Origin: Girardia tigrina
Taxonomy: Eukaryota
NCBI GenBank assembly: GCA_001938485.1
Contig: MQRK01216237.1
Location: 1-59,069, forward strand
Length of the DNA: 59,069 nt
Reading direction: 5' to 3'
Shown here: in pieces, positions 1 through 13,300 of the stretch
Layout of the letters: each line of letters begins with the position of its first letter
How positions within the stretch are numbered: position 1 is the first letter of the stretch
Notes under the pieces: model-generated
What the model saw: only the letters and a program-made list of their open reading frames with translations
Database searches by the model: none
What the model was told of the DNA's origin: nothing
Made by a program: the position numbers and the translations under genes

Positions 1-109
1 AATAAATTGATATTTTTCCACATTAAATACAGAATTTTTTCATAATAAATTGATATTTTTTCACATTAAATACAGAATTTTTCATAATAAATTGATATTT
101 TTTCACATT
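1..109. repeat. Tandem repeat, ~43-bp unit x ~2.5 (may extend beyond the window start)
   Basis: aataaattgatatttttYcacattaaatacagaatttttt(t)cat begins at 1, 44 and 86. Confidence 0.85.
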
Positions 110-1281
110 TATTTTTCAACAAATAATACTATTATTACGTCAACAATTATTACGTCAGCGTTAGTGAGGCAGGCAGGAAGTGAGTGACTTGGGCTTTTAT
201 ATATTGCATTGAATAATACAATATGATTAATACAATGATTTATACAATGGATTGAATTATGGAAAATTCTGAATGTATAAATGACATTAAATTAATCAAA
301 CTTGTTTCTTCATCATCATCATTGTCTCTTTAAAAGGAGGAATTCAACTCTCTTCCAAATTAAATTTTTGATGCATCAATATTTATAAATTAATTTTTGG
401 ATCTTTCACTTATTTACCTCGCTTATATTAACTATTTTCGTTCATTTGTTTGTTTGCTACAGATCTTTACTTCGAATTTGTACTCACTTCCTCAGGTTTA
501 ATTGAGCTAAAAATTTGCACACTTGCGTAATCCATATGACTACACGTAAATCAATTAAGAAATTTATTAACTAATTGATTATAAGTTATTATATGCAAAA
601 ATCATTTTGCGATCATCCACAAAATATGTTTCAATTAAATAGAAAAGAATAGAAGAATGTTTCTTTATATTTGTCCTCACTTTTTGATTTTTTTTGTATT
701 TGTTCGTAGTAAATATATTTTTTGACTTATTATTATATGTATGTCTTTTGGTAATATCTTTGTTCTTAGAAATGTTCAACAACTAAATAATTTTCAGGAC
801 CATTTACCATAATTTTCCTGTGGGAAAAACATCTTCATGTTTTCAGGTGTGAATAAAGATCTCCAAAGATTGGTTATTGAAATCAGCAATCTGCATTGAA
901 CTATTCGTCAAAATGTTTCAAGTCGGACAGAAGAGTTCGAGAATTAACAGTAATGCATCGATTAAACATCGTCAAAACATGTATAGAAATGTTCCCTTTA
1001 ACCGCACGGTTTTCTTCATACCCTGAAATGCTCCAATAGAAAACTTATTCGAGTTGCGCATCTAAAATCTCGACTCCGCATTGATCAAATTTTCAAAAAT
1101 TGCAATCGATTCAGTGTGAAAATCCAGAAATCAGCACAGTCTCACCGATTATTGAATTTCATTTAAATAGTCGCCAAATCTAGCTTATAAAATTGAAAAA
1201 AACAAATCATAATATTTAGTTATAGTATTATTATTATTATTATTATTAGATTCAGTAAACAAAATAATAAAAATAAATTAC

Positions 1282-1348
1282 TTTCGGGTGAAAAGGAGAG
1301 ACGAGCTCTTGTCGTTTAATACTTTCCCAATCAAACCCTTGAAAGTAC
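1282..1348 (-). CDS. pkg: PKG exon, start of AGC C-tail ([22 protein letters not shown])
   Basis: tggtag acceptor and gtaatt donor; 67 nt. Confidence 0.92.
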
Positions 1349-4300
1349 CTACCAAAAGCATCCTGAATAAAAATTCCACAAAATATTCAATTTACTTGTG
1401 GGATTTTATTTCCTCTAATCCACCGGATCCATTTCCGAGTCTTTCTGCTGAATTAAATTTACACAATGCTTGTATAAAACTAGATGCTCGAAAGGTTATT
1501 CTTCGATTATGAAAAATATCTGTGGCTTCAATTCCTTTAAGAATGAGAGTGTAGATTTTCATCGGATCATTACCGGTAAATGGCGGTCTAAAATTATTCA
1601 ATTTCTGATAACAATATATTATTAACATGATTTTGATACTTAGATCAAATAGTTATATTTCTTCTGTTTACTATGTATAAGTTGTGTTCCAAAAAAGTAA
1701 GTTTGTAATCTGAACTTTTTATCATCTTACTTGCATTACCTATTAAACAAACATTCAGATGGAAAATTTAAGATTAACGCTATTAGAAAATACGGATGAA
1801 AACTGAAAAATTTTGTTATTTAAAGTAAAAACTATGTGAAAAATTTACTGCAATTGTACCTTTATTATTATTTATGTACAACAAGTTAATGTAAGTAACG
1901 AACAAGAAAATCAAATGTGGTTATCACTATCAAAGATTTGCCATAAGTGGAAAAATGTTTAGATGATTGACCGAATCTGAGACATATATGGAGTTAATTA
2001 AATTAATTAATTTTTGTTTTAGTCAAATTTTAAAATGAGTAATTTAATAATAAATAAGCAAATTTATTATTTAATGTGTACATTAAAAATCTGGTTTGCT
2101 TATCAAAGAAATAACTAGAATTTTGTTAATGATTTTGTTAACTATTAATTAATAAAAAATGTTAATTATTTTTTAATGTTTAAAATAAAATTAATTGTTT
2201 TAAAGAAATGCGATAAAGATGAAAATCACACCAATTTTTTAAATATAAATTTATAAAAATCAATTTTTATCTTTTTAACTTAATATGTGAAAAATCGAGC
2301 AGTGGGGTAACCAAACGGGCGAAAGTTTTGGGAAGGAATTTCTGACGAACATTGAGTTGGTCCCCTAGGGGGGGGGATTCTGAATCTGAATCCTACCAAG
2401 GAGATTCAGAACTTCAGTTGAAGAGAATAAATGTATACTACAACGGAGTGATTGAAAAGGAATATGCACATCGAGCAATACTAATTCCACACAGAGAACG
2501 AGAAATGGACTTCGTAAGGGTCAAATATAATGATCGGAAAAATAATCCGGATCACTAATAAGTAGTAACTCAAAGTCGTTTCGCATTATATTTCTGTCAA
2601 TCGAAATTCTCTGCTCGAAGTGTTCATTACTTGATTAATGAAGTGATTCTGTAATTCTTTATTGATGTTTGTTGGGTTCGGGTTCAAAATTTAAGCTCAT
2701 GACACAAAAATTTATTTCTCACATTACCGATTATTTAAATAAATATTTTTTTATTTTGAGGAGCTTAAGCACTTTCTTTTCTTTATACAAACCATTATAA
2801 ATAAAATAAATATAGATTCCGATATTGTTACTTTATTAATTACAAATATTAATTTTATACTCGTCTTTAAAATTATAAAAAATATTTTATTAAAATTTTG
2901 TCAAAGATTTTATTTTATATTTTATTAAATTTCCATTTTACTTTACATTTTAATTTAACCGTTTCTCAATCACATTTCCATTTCGATAAAATCTCATTTT
3001 CTAAAAATAAAATTAAAATCACACCTGTATTTCTATTTTAAATTAAATATTAAGTTTTATATTACCATCAAAAATAAAAATTACTTTATTACTTGATAAA
3101 AAATCTTTATATTTATTAAGAACATTTAAACAAGTCTCATTTGAATCTTTATTGCAATTACATTTAGAGTCATTAACAACTCTCGGAAAGTCTTTCATCA
3201 TTTGCCATCGTTATAATTGGTTTTCTTATTTCTGATTTTAATCATGATTATTCGAACAATTTTTCTAAGTTATTTTTTAAAATATTTAACCTCTAAAAAT
3301 ATTAATTTTTACATATTTTTTAATAAATCCTAAAATAATAAAAATGACATCAAATTATTAAAATCAAAATTTGAAAGCCAATTGAAAACGTAATTTTTTT
3401 TTTTTGAAAAACTAATTTTTTACATTAAATTTGGAAAATCTTATTTTAACATATCTATAACTCTACTTTAAGAAATGTTACGAAATTATTTATTTGATCT
3501 TATTTTAAATTCAAAAATTTTATGAGCTCACCAAACCTCCTAGCAATGTTAAAATTAAGTTTTGATAGGTATTCAGAAATGTTATTAAAAATTTATAAAA
3601 TCAAAATAAAATAAAATATTAAATTTGTTAGTATTTCATGTATTCATGTCGATTGAAGATTTATAAAACAAATTATTTTCTCAAAAAAAGTTTGTTTAAA
3701 TACTAGTGTTAATAATTTTTTTGAAAATTTAATATATTTTTTTCTGGATTTTTTGTCTGAATTAACTTTTAATAATAATTCTGAGGATGTTCTAATACCA
3801 TTTAACAAACACAAATTTACACGCTCAATTTTGTCCACACATCCAACTGCTCACAAAAAGCCCACTAAACCGATTTGATCATTTAAAAAACTAAAATTAA
3901 CTATTTTATTTAATTTAACGTTTGTTTTATAATTTATATTAAATTATTTTTTAATAATATTATTTAATTTAATTACCGTATCTTTATGAAAATAATCTGC
4001 CTAATTTTTCCACGCAAGTGGCAATTAGGATAAATAAAATCACACATTACCCGTTGATTATTATCGTCAACAAAAAATCAAACCACGCTAAAATTTTCAC
4101 AAATTTAAATATTATTTAAATGTAATTTAAATTTCTTTTATTTTTTTTGTTGTCTCAAAACTATTTAATAATTACAAAATTCCCAGAAGTTTTTTTTTCA
4201 CAAAGAATATCGGGATCAATCGACCCAAGAATTTTTCCACGTGAAATTAAATATGTAAATAAAAAAAACGAAAACAATTGTTTTAATGTTTCAACGGAGT

Positions 4301-7300
4301 GTCAATTCGAGTGTCACAAATTCAAACCAATTGAGACATTTTTTTAACCGTGAGCGAACTGCCGAAAAATCATGTAAAATTTATTTTGTGATCAATAAAT
4401 TTTGTATCCGATTCTGTCTTTTCCTTGTTTTTTTGCAAATGGGAACCGCCACGGAAACTCCCACTTCAGTTAGTTTCCCTTATGAGTGATGTGAGGCGTA
4501 GATAAAATCACACATGACCCGCAGCGTGAAAATACGGTTATTATTATTATGTAACTTTTACAAACTATCATCGGCATTTTAAATGTTCAGTCGATCCAAT
4601 TCTTATTTCTTTCCACTTCAGAGCGTGAGTGCAGTATAAGCAGCATATAGAGTAGCCGGCACTTAACTAAATTATATGGCTAAATGACTTCTGATCTATT
4701 GCTTTGCAGCTTTGATAAGAAACTTTAGTAAAAATTCTTGCCTCTCGCCATTTCTCGGATGGCGTAAGTTTTTTCGTGCAATACTGGCTAGCTCTACTAG
4801 TTTTAAATAATATTTATTATAAAAAAGAATCTTGAAAGGCAGAATTCAATGAATCTGTTAGTAAATTAGTTATTATATATGTTAATTCCAAATGTTTGTT
4901 ATTATTTATTTATTTTATTTCAAACCATTGTTATTATATATGTCCTTGACATTCTCTTATGAAGTGTCGAAGTTTCATTTGTATAAAAAATTAAATAATT
5001 TTATTAATTAAGAAATGAGAATTAATTAAACGAGAAAGAAACTTCCTCAATCTTGAGACTTTTGTCTCTGTTTCAACAAATTAGAAAAACATAATTTCCC
5101 CATTATTTTTCAAGCGATAAATGCGATGTTTGACAGTCTGAGAAAATTGTACATTGAAGCATTGTATGAATTTTTCTAAAATGTTCTCATATTAATAAAT
5201 ATTTATATTACATTTCTTTACAATAATTTTATTGAATTAGTCTATTTCGCCTCATCTCAGATATCATATTTCTTACTTGATGGAAAATTTCTTCTAACCC
5301 TCTAAACGTAAATACATTTCTCCAAATATCATTTCAGTGTCTTAAATCAAATTTTTTTCTTTAAAAGATCGAAAGTTTGGATTTTTATAATTTGTGTTTA
5401 CAATAAATAAAAATCAAATTCAGACGACAGAAAATACTCTCCTACAGGAAATATTCAATATTGGGTTTGTGATTAAGATCAAGTTTGATGATTTTAAAAA
5501 TTTATTTCTAACACATATTACATTTTACAATAAAATATACAGAGAAGGATGACATAGTCAAGACATAAAGTTACAGCAAGAAAAAGAAGACACAACAACT
5601 TGAAGAAATTTCGAAATTGGAGATGAAGTGCCAGTCAAGGTGGAAACAGGGATAAACAGTAAAGATAAATATGAAGGACAGTATAAAGTGATATAGAAAA
5701 CAATATGACAGAAGGTATGCACTAATAAATGAAGATGGAAGAATTTTAGATCGAAACGTGGAAAAATTGAGAAAATTCTTAAAGAAGGGGGATATGAAGG
5801 GTTAGTGTAAAGTTTCGATTCGTTGAATAAGTTAATGTTTTAATTTAAAAAATTTTGGTGTTAAAAATGAATACTGATATTGATGTTGCAACCACTTCTC
5901 ACAGTCACTATTCTTAAATATTATCGAAAATTGCTTTTCCAAATGGAAAAGTCATATTTCTCGAAGCAGCTGTAATTCGCCGGATGAAATTTTCGCTTAA
6001 ATAAATCGAGGATTTTACATGATATCGGAAGAAGACTTTATGGGGTTTTATTGTAAAATGTTAAGATATTTGTTCTAATAATTATTTTAAAATAATAAAA
6101 ATTTTAAAATGTTAACAATTTAGTTTGATGTTAACCGATGAAATTTTTGTTCAAAGTTGTTATAGAGACAATTCGAATTGGATTGTCATTTTCATCCTTA
6201 TAGCACCTGAACTGGTACTGAATTAAGAGCCATAATTTTATCATCCTAGAGGTGTACCTGTTAAAAGACAAGATTATTTGCTAAGATATATTAATAATAC
6301 AATAATAAACTAATCATTCTATCTTATATACAAGCACACCTCGATCCGGTTGCATAACTGGATTAGGGAGATCTGCTGGGTTAGCACCACATGATTGACA
6401 CCGCACACTATTACATGCATACATTATATCATCAAACTCTCAATCCTGTTACTCAATTTCATACTTCATAATCACGCATAATTTCCACGTACATCTAATA
6501 ATGATAATAATATATTTATAATAATAATTTCAATAATAATTAACAAACATAATAATAATAATTCACACATCCTTACAGTACCTATCTCACCAATGCTCCC
6601 GATGCTTGCTAAATAGTTAGACAAAATTACAAATTAAAAACATATTTTTTGCGGACACCTTTGTTTTTTAATGTTTTTATTATAAGCTACTTTTTAACAA
6701 AATTAATTTCATTATTTTATGATAGTGATGTTTTTGTGATTAGTAATTTGATGTATTAAATCCGATACATTATATTTTTTAAAATATTTTTTATAAAAAA
6801 AATATAAAACGATACACGGAGAAGTCGAGACTCATACTTACCGAATTATTTCTCATTAGCTAATTAATGTTCTTAAAAAGAAAAAATAATTAAAATAATG
6901 ATGAAAAATAATAAATTATACTTTTGTAAACAGTGTCTATGTCCTTAAAATTGTTCCTTAGGTGGCAAGGAAACATGAGGTTTCCTAACATCAATGAGGA
7001 AGAATAACCATATTTTGTTTAGGTGATTTTTGTGGGGAAACATATGACATTTTTAATGCAAATCGGAACTTAAAATCTCTATTTTTCTTTTTATTGATAA
7101 ATTAAGATTTTGTTATTTAAATTATTCCTCAGAAAAAAGTTTTTAATTGACTTTTAATTTAAGTATTAAAAATTGCATTTAAAAATGTTTTTTAATAGAA
7201 CGAATTTAATTAAAAGCAAATTAAAATTCCATAAAAATGAGAAAAGATTAAATTTCAAACTCAATTACTTGAGGCAGTGGCGAGTCTCTTCAGATGTAAA

Positions 7301-10300
7301 ATTTTAATGTGCATATCAGTGGGCATTATTTTTTATAATTTTTAAAAATTGCTATAAAATTAAATTTAATTAATAAAAAATATATTAATATATTCTCAAA
7401 AATTTCAAAACATTTTTTAAACATTTTAAATAATTAATATAATTTGATACAAAAAATCTTACGTCCCCGTAAGCAGCTCATAGGCAAGTATCCCAATCGA
7501 CCAGTAGTCCGACGTGAAATCGTGACTTTTATTGAGAATTATCTCAGGAGAAACATATTCTGGAGTTCCACAGAATGTCCAAGTACGTTTTCCTATACCG
7601 ATTTTTTTGGCAAATCCGAAATCACACTAAATTATCAGTATAGATAAATTATATAAAAATATATATATAAATATATAAATAAAAACACAAATCGAATTTG
7701 AAAGATTTACAGTTTATTAACTCTTCAACATTAACAAAAAAATACATAATTTTTTTAAATTTCTTTAAACAAAGTACTATTTAATTTTGAAAAAAAGTAA
7801 AAATTAAATTATTGAAATAAATATTTTTATTAACGTTGATTTCATAAATAGAGTTTTCAATCAATTTTTATGTACAAAACAAGACACTCAGAGATAAACC
7901 AGCGAATCACCAGCTTAATAGCTTAGTTCCAAAACGACCTTGATCGGCGTTTCGCCGACTTTGTGTTGCAATGGCTTAATGCAATCGATTCCGATAAATC
8001 GAATTTTTAAACGTGCAAATTGAAAAAAGACATCACAAAAAATAAAATAAGTATGGGAAAAATCGAAAAGTTTCATCAACATATAATTTTTTAACAAATG
8101 AAACCTAGTGCCATTTGATTCCTGACCAAAATGGAGAGTTCTGTCTAAGACGATTTCCTGAGAATAAAACGAAATTAACAGCTCAAATGTCTTTCAGATG
8201 TTTGATAAATATCATATTGGTTAGACGCCACAAGACATTTCAAATTGAGACTTGTCGACATTGATGTTGAGAAGGCCAGTTCAAACTGTGAGGAATATTT
8301 TTGAATGGGGTTTATTGTATGTTATTTGGTATGTTGTTTTAGGATTGTGTTTCGCCCACCCAGATGGAAGATTGATATCTTAAATATTTTAAAACGTCGG
8401 ATTATTTAATCAATTATTAAAATTTAAATAACCAATTTTAACATTAAATTAATATTTCATAAATAATATTTTAATAATAATTTTCTTAAAATAAATAAAA
8501 TTTATTTTTAATTTAAAGTATAAATTATTTTTGTAATAATTAAATTGTAATTTAAATTTGTTCGAATAATAAAACGTTAAAGAATATTATTAAAAATTAT
8601 CAAGAACGATGACGAGCTACGCAAGTTTTACGGAGAATTGTTCTAGTGGCAATTCAAATTATGATGCAAATAAATGTAATGAAAACCCAAATTAATGTTC
8701 TTAATACAAAGCATCAGCAGAAGATTATTCCGTTTTTTCAGACGGAATTACTGTTTCATGGCTCATTCGAGTTTTTCTCCATCAAATCAATGTGAATTGT
8801 CTCAAATAACTTTCACGATTTTGTTATTTGTTTATTTTCTGACTAAACTTTCGTTTCAACCTAATAGTTTTAATTAAAGTCTTGAAATCAAATCCGACGT
8901 AATACTATGGACTAGAAGATGTTTTATGATCATAAATCAATTATAATTGATATGTTGATAATTATCAACATATTAAAATTTATTAATCATTAAATTTAAT
9001 TAGATTATGCAAACATATTTATTCGATTTTGCAACTTTGAACGAGATCTTCATATGGTAATTAAAGAGTATATACACTGATGGAGTCAATGGATGTACCA
9101 CGCTTTTTATAATTTTTTATTTCCAAATGGATTTCTGTAAGATCCTTATTTCATTATTCTTTTTTATGCTTTAAACTAGCATAAGCCTTTTTTGTATTAA
9201 AAATATGTGTTTTTCAAATATATGATTAATACTAGTAAATACGCAATTCATATTCTGTGATTTAAAGAAATTTCTCTTCAAACAATAAGTTTTTTAAAGA
9301 CAATAGTGTGTTTTTTATGTCTATAAGAACATGTTTATGAATAGTTCATAACTTAATCATAATTATACTTGTGAAGAATATTTTAAATTTGGTATGTTGA
9401 GTTTAGTATTTGTAAATGTGTTTCTCCCACCCAGATGGAAAATTGGTATTTTGGATGTTCGCAATGAATAGTTATTCGAGCATAGTTTGCATTTTGAAAT
9501 TCAACATAGGATTTTTAAAAAATTTTTAAAATATTAAATCGTTTAAATTTTAATATCAAATAAAGTAAATAACATTAAACTAATTTTTAAATTGACTTAA
9601 TTAATTGTTTTGTCTTTGTTAGTTTTTAATAAGAATTACACAATAACTTCGTTTCCCAAAAATATATTTACTAATTAAAACAAATACATAAAAAATGCGA
9701 GAATTAATGATGAAATAATTGGAACCACATTTAAATAATTTTATATAAATTAATATTTATTTGAATGATTATAATTTTGAATAATAATTTAATAATACTA
9801 ATATTCTTCCTAACAGTCTTTAAATAAGATCATTTTTACAATAAAATTAATATTTAGATAAAATTATTATCAAAAGTATAAAATTAAAACTTTAAAAATA
9901 AAATCTGATAATAATGAAAATTTGTTCCAATAATTTTTTAATTAAAAACATTAACAATAATTTATTAATTTAACGAAATATCAAATTATTAAAGTTTTTC
10001 TCAGAATTGTTCAAAAGACAATTCAAATTGTGGTGAAAATAAAGTTGTGAAGACCCATATTGATATTCTTAATAATACTTGAAATATTTTATCTTCTTTC
10101 AAATGCGGATAAAAGTCAGATGGTTCCCGTGGTCACATACGTATAGCGAATGCTTCTTAGATTATGAAAGAGTTTATTTTACATTGTTTTACCCACCACA
10201 AACTACAGTGCCAATTGGTTCGTGAGCCCTATACTTTTGAAGTTTCTACAAATCATTAGTAAAGAAAGGATCACAGAAACAAATGAACGTAATTCATTTA

Positions 10301-13300
10301 TATAACGATAATGTGCAAGTAACATATTCGTTAACATAAATGTTGTTACATTCTGGTCAACATTCATTTTTTTAAGTCCGTAAAGTTAAATCAGACGTAA
10401 ATATTTTTTAGAACAATATTTTGATGATAAATGTTTACCGGAAAAAAGTTTCAAACAATAAAGTAAAAACAATTTATCTCTTAGTTTATTATTACTTACA
10501 TTTTTCAAAATAAAATTAACAAATATTCCTTTAATTTTCTTCCATTTTAAAATACAAATAATTTTATATTTACTCTTGGCAAATTAGGTTTCAATACAAA
10601 CTGATGCTTTGTGAAAGAGGAAGACGGGATGATAATTTGTCACTTAATTAATCTGAGAATGCCAAAATATTTTTAATTAAATAAGAGACAAATTTAAGTT
10701 TAATAATTAAAAGTAAATTAATATTTTATTGGTGATGTTAGCACAATTATAGTTACCTAATTTTAGACTTAAGTTAATTGCTCCATCCGAACTCCTGGCT
10801 GCCCCGAGGGAACCGGATTGGTTCCCCGAGGAACCAACACCTTTTGTGGTTTCTCATAGCGTGATGTTAGGCACGTTAACCGGATATTTGGTTCATCCCA
10901 CATCGCCAGTTCTGCTTACCAAAAATGGCCCACTAGGCATTTGTATTCGATGTACACCTCCAAAAAATATTAAAGAGAGGCGCACTTCGAACCCATTTAA
11001 AGTTTGAGAATAAGTTGAGAGCATTTCGCCCCCAATACTTCTAATCATTCGCTTTACCAGGTTCAACTACGGAATCATAAACGCCAGCTATCCTGAGGGA
11101 AACTTCGGAAGGAACCAGCTACTAGATGGTTCGATTAGTCTTTCGCCCCTATACTCATGTCCGACGATCGATTTGCACGTCAGAACCGCGGCGGTCCTTC
11201 ATCAGAGTTTCCTCTGACTTCAACCTGCACAAGCATAGTTGGAGGCACTCGGGAATTTCGTGATGGGCTTTCGAGATTTATATTATACATACTGATCATA
11301 CTCATGATAGTCTTTTTATTCATAATTCATTAAAAAATCAAATTCGAAATCATTCAACTTAGTGTCAATCCAGAACAAAATAAATTCTTTTTGAAATTGA
11401 AATCAGTAGATCGTAAATTTGTTTTTAAATAGTAAATATTAGGTGTACAAGTATGAAATGCGGATTAAATTTTGAAAAGAAATACGTTAAAAACAAAAGA
11501 ACGATAAAAAAAGCTTTATTTAAAATATGCTCCATTACTAATGATACATTTGTTCCATCTATATCTCAAATTGTGGATACCTCGCCAATAAAAGTCTTCC
11601 TTTTTTTCCATGAACCATTCATCGACCCATTTTTGCACATTTTCGTAAGAATCAAAACGCTGCTGAGCAAGTGCGAGACCCATCGATGCAAACAAATGGT
11701 AATCTGAGGGAGCCAAGTCTGGTGAATAAGCCGCATGAGGTAAAACTTCCCAATTCATTTCCTCAAACATGGCGCGAACCGGTTTTGATGTATGTGACGA
11801 AGCGTTGTCATGGAGATCAATAACCTTGTGTTGCCTTTTGAGGTATTCAGGTCTTTTTTGAAGCAGCGAACGGTTTAAATCGACCAACTGTTGTTTGTAA
11901 CGTTCAGTATTCACCGTTTCACCGGGTTTTAATAGTTNNNNNNNNNNNNNNNNNNNNNNNNNNNNNNNNNNNNNNNNNNNNNNNNNNNNNNNNNNNNNNN
12001 NNNNNNNNNNNNNNNNNNNNNNNNNNNNNNNNNNNNNNNNNNNNNNNNNNNNNNNNNNNNNNNNNNNNNNNNNNNNNNNNNNNNNNNNNNNNNNNNNNNN
12101 NNNNNNNNNNNNNNNNNNNNNNNNNNNNNNNNNNNNNNNNNNNNNNNNNNNNNNNNNNNNNNNNNNNNNNNNNNNNNNNNNNNNNNNNNNNNNNNNNNNN
12201 NNNNNNNNNNNNNNNNNNNNNNNNNNNNNNNNNNNNNNNNNNNNNNNNNNNNNNNNNNNNNNNNNNNNNNNNNNNNNNNNNNNNNNNNNNNNNNNNNNNN
12301 NNNNNNNNNNNNNNNNNNNNNNNNNNNNCCACCATGGAAGCGCCGAAACCATCGTTCACATGTATCTTGCGATGGGGCATATTCACCATAAGCTTCTTGG
12401 AGTAATCGGTATGATTCAGCAACAGTTTTCTTTAGATGGTAACAAAACATTAGTACCGTCCGCAAATGTTCCCTGCTTGGCATAAATTTGGACATCTAAA
12501 ACACAGAAATACAACAATTATTAAAACGCTTTATCAATTTATGAGTTACGTATGAGACACTACATAATTACTCAATATTATGACATCATTGCCTAACCAT
12601 TGACCTACTTTTTGCATTGTGCACAATCCGTTTTCTGAAATCCGCATTTCATACTTGTACACCTAATAATTTAGAAAAACTCGTAAAACAATTCAATTCA
12701 GGACGCAATTTCGATTCAATACAAAAACAAATTCGATAAAACACAATAAAAAATTCAATTATATAAATATAAAATTTCGGGTTATAAAAAAATCATTTAA
12801 TAGAAATTTAATCAAAAACTTGGATTCTTAAAAATTCGTTATTCAAAAATATTCATATCTTTTGATAATTGATTGACCAATCAGAGCGAGTCATTTCAAT
12901 AGCGTGGAATTCAAATCTCACACACACTATGACCAATAGAACTATTCAGTCATATGACTAATCAAAAGTTTGAATCCAAATAATAAAAAATTAAAATTTA
13001 TTATTATTATTTTTAATTTATTATTTTTATTTAATTTAATTAGTTAATCATATCATTTTATACATATATAATTATTTATATCATCAAACCAATCGAAATA
13101 AAACATTTCAAGTGATATACAACTAAAAGCTATATTCATAAAAATTTCAAGTTTTCAAAGAAAGAGGTTTTATAACACGATTGATATTGGAATCGTCCTT
13201 GGGCACGAAAGAAGAAGGATATTTGAATAAAAATAAAGATAAAACAAAATTATAAGTAACTTAGCTTTTAAATTCCAAAACAGTCAATTAAGAATTTAAG

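Noticed and set aside
1-109. CRISPR-like regular repeats
   Set aside because: Head-to-tail tandem units without unique spacers, in eukaryotic DNA.
131-157. Twice-repeated ATTATTACGTCA (CRE-like)
   Set aside because: Short local duplication with no evidence of regulatory function.
300-960. Candidate terminal PKG exon (SDLKHFDE near 905-930; DDDEE near 305-325, minus strand)
   Set aside because: In-frame stops and no convincing acceptor or GWD..F end; the last exon probably lies left of the window.
11516-12495. Long ORFs containing X runs (also 48208..48957 and 56639..57060)
   Set aside because: Their length is an artefact of N gaps; only the flanking residues are informative.
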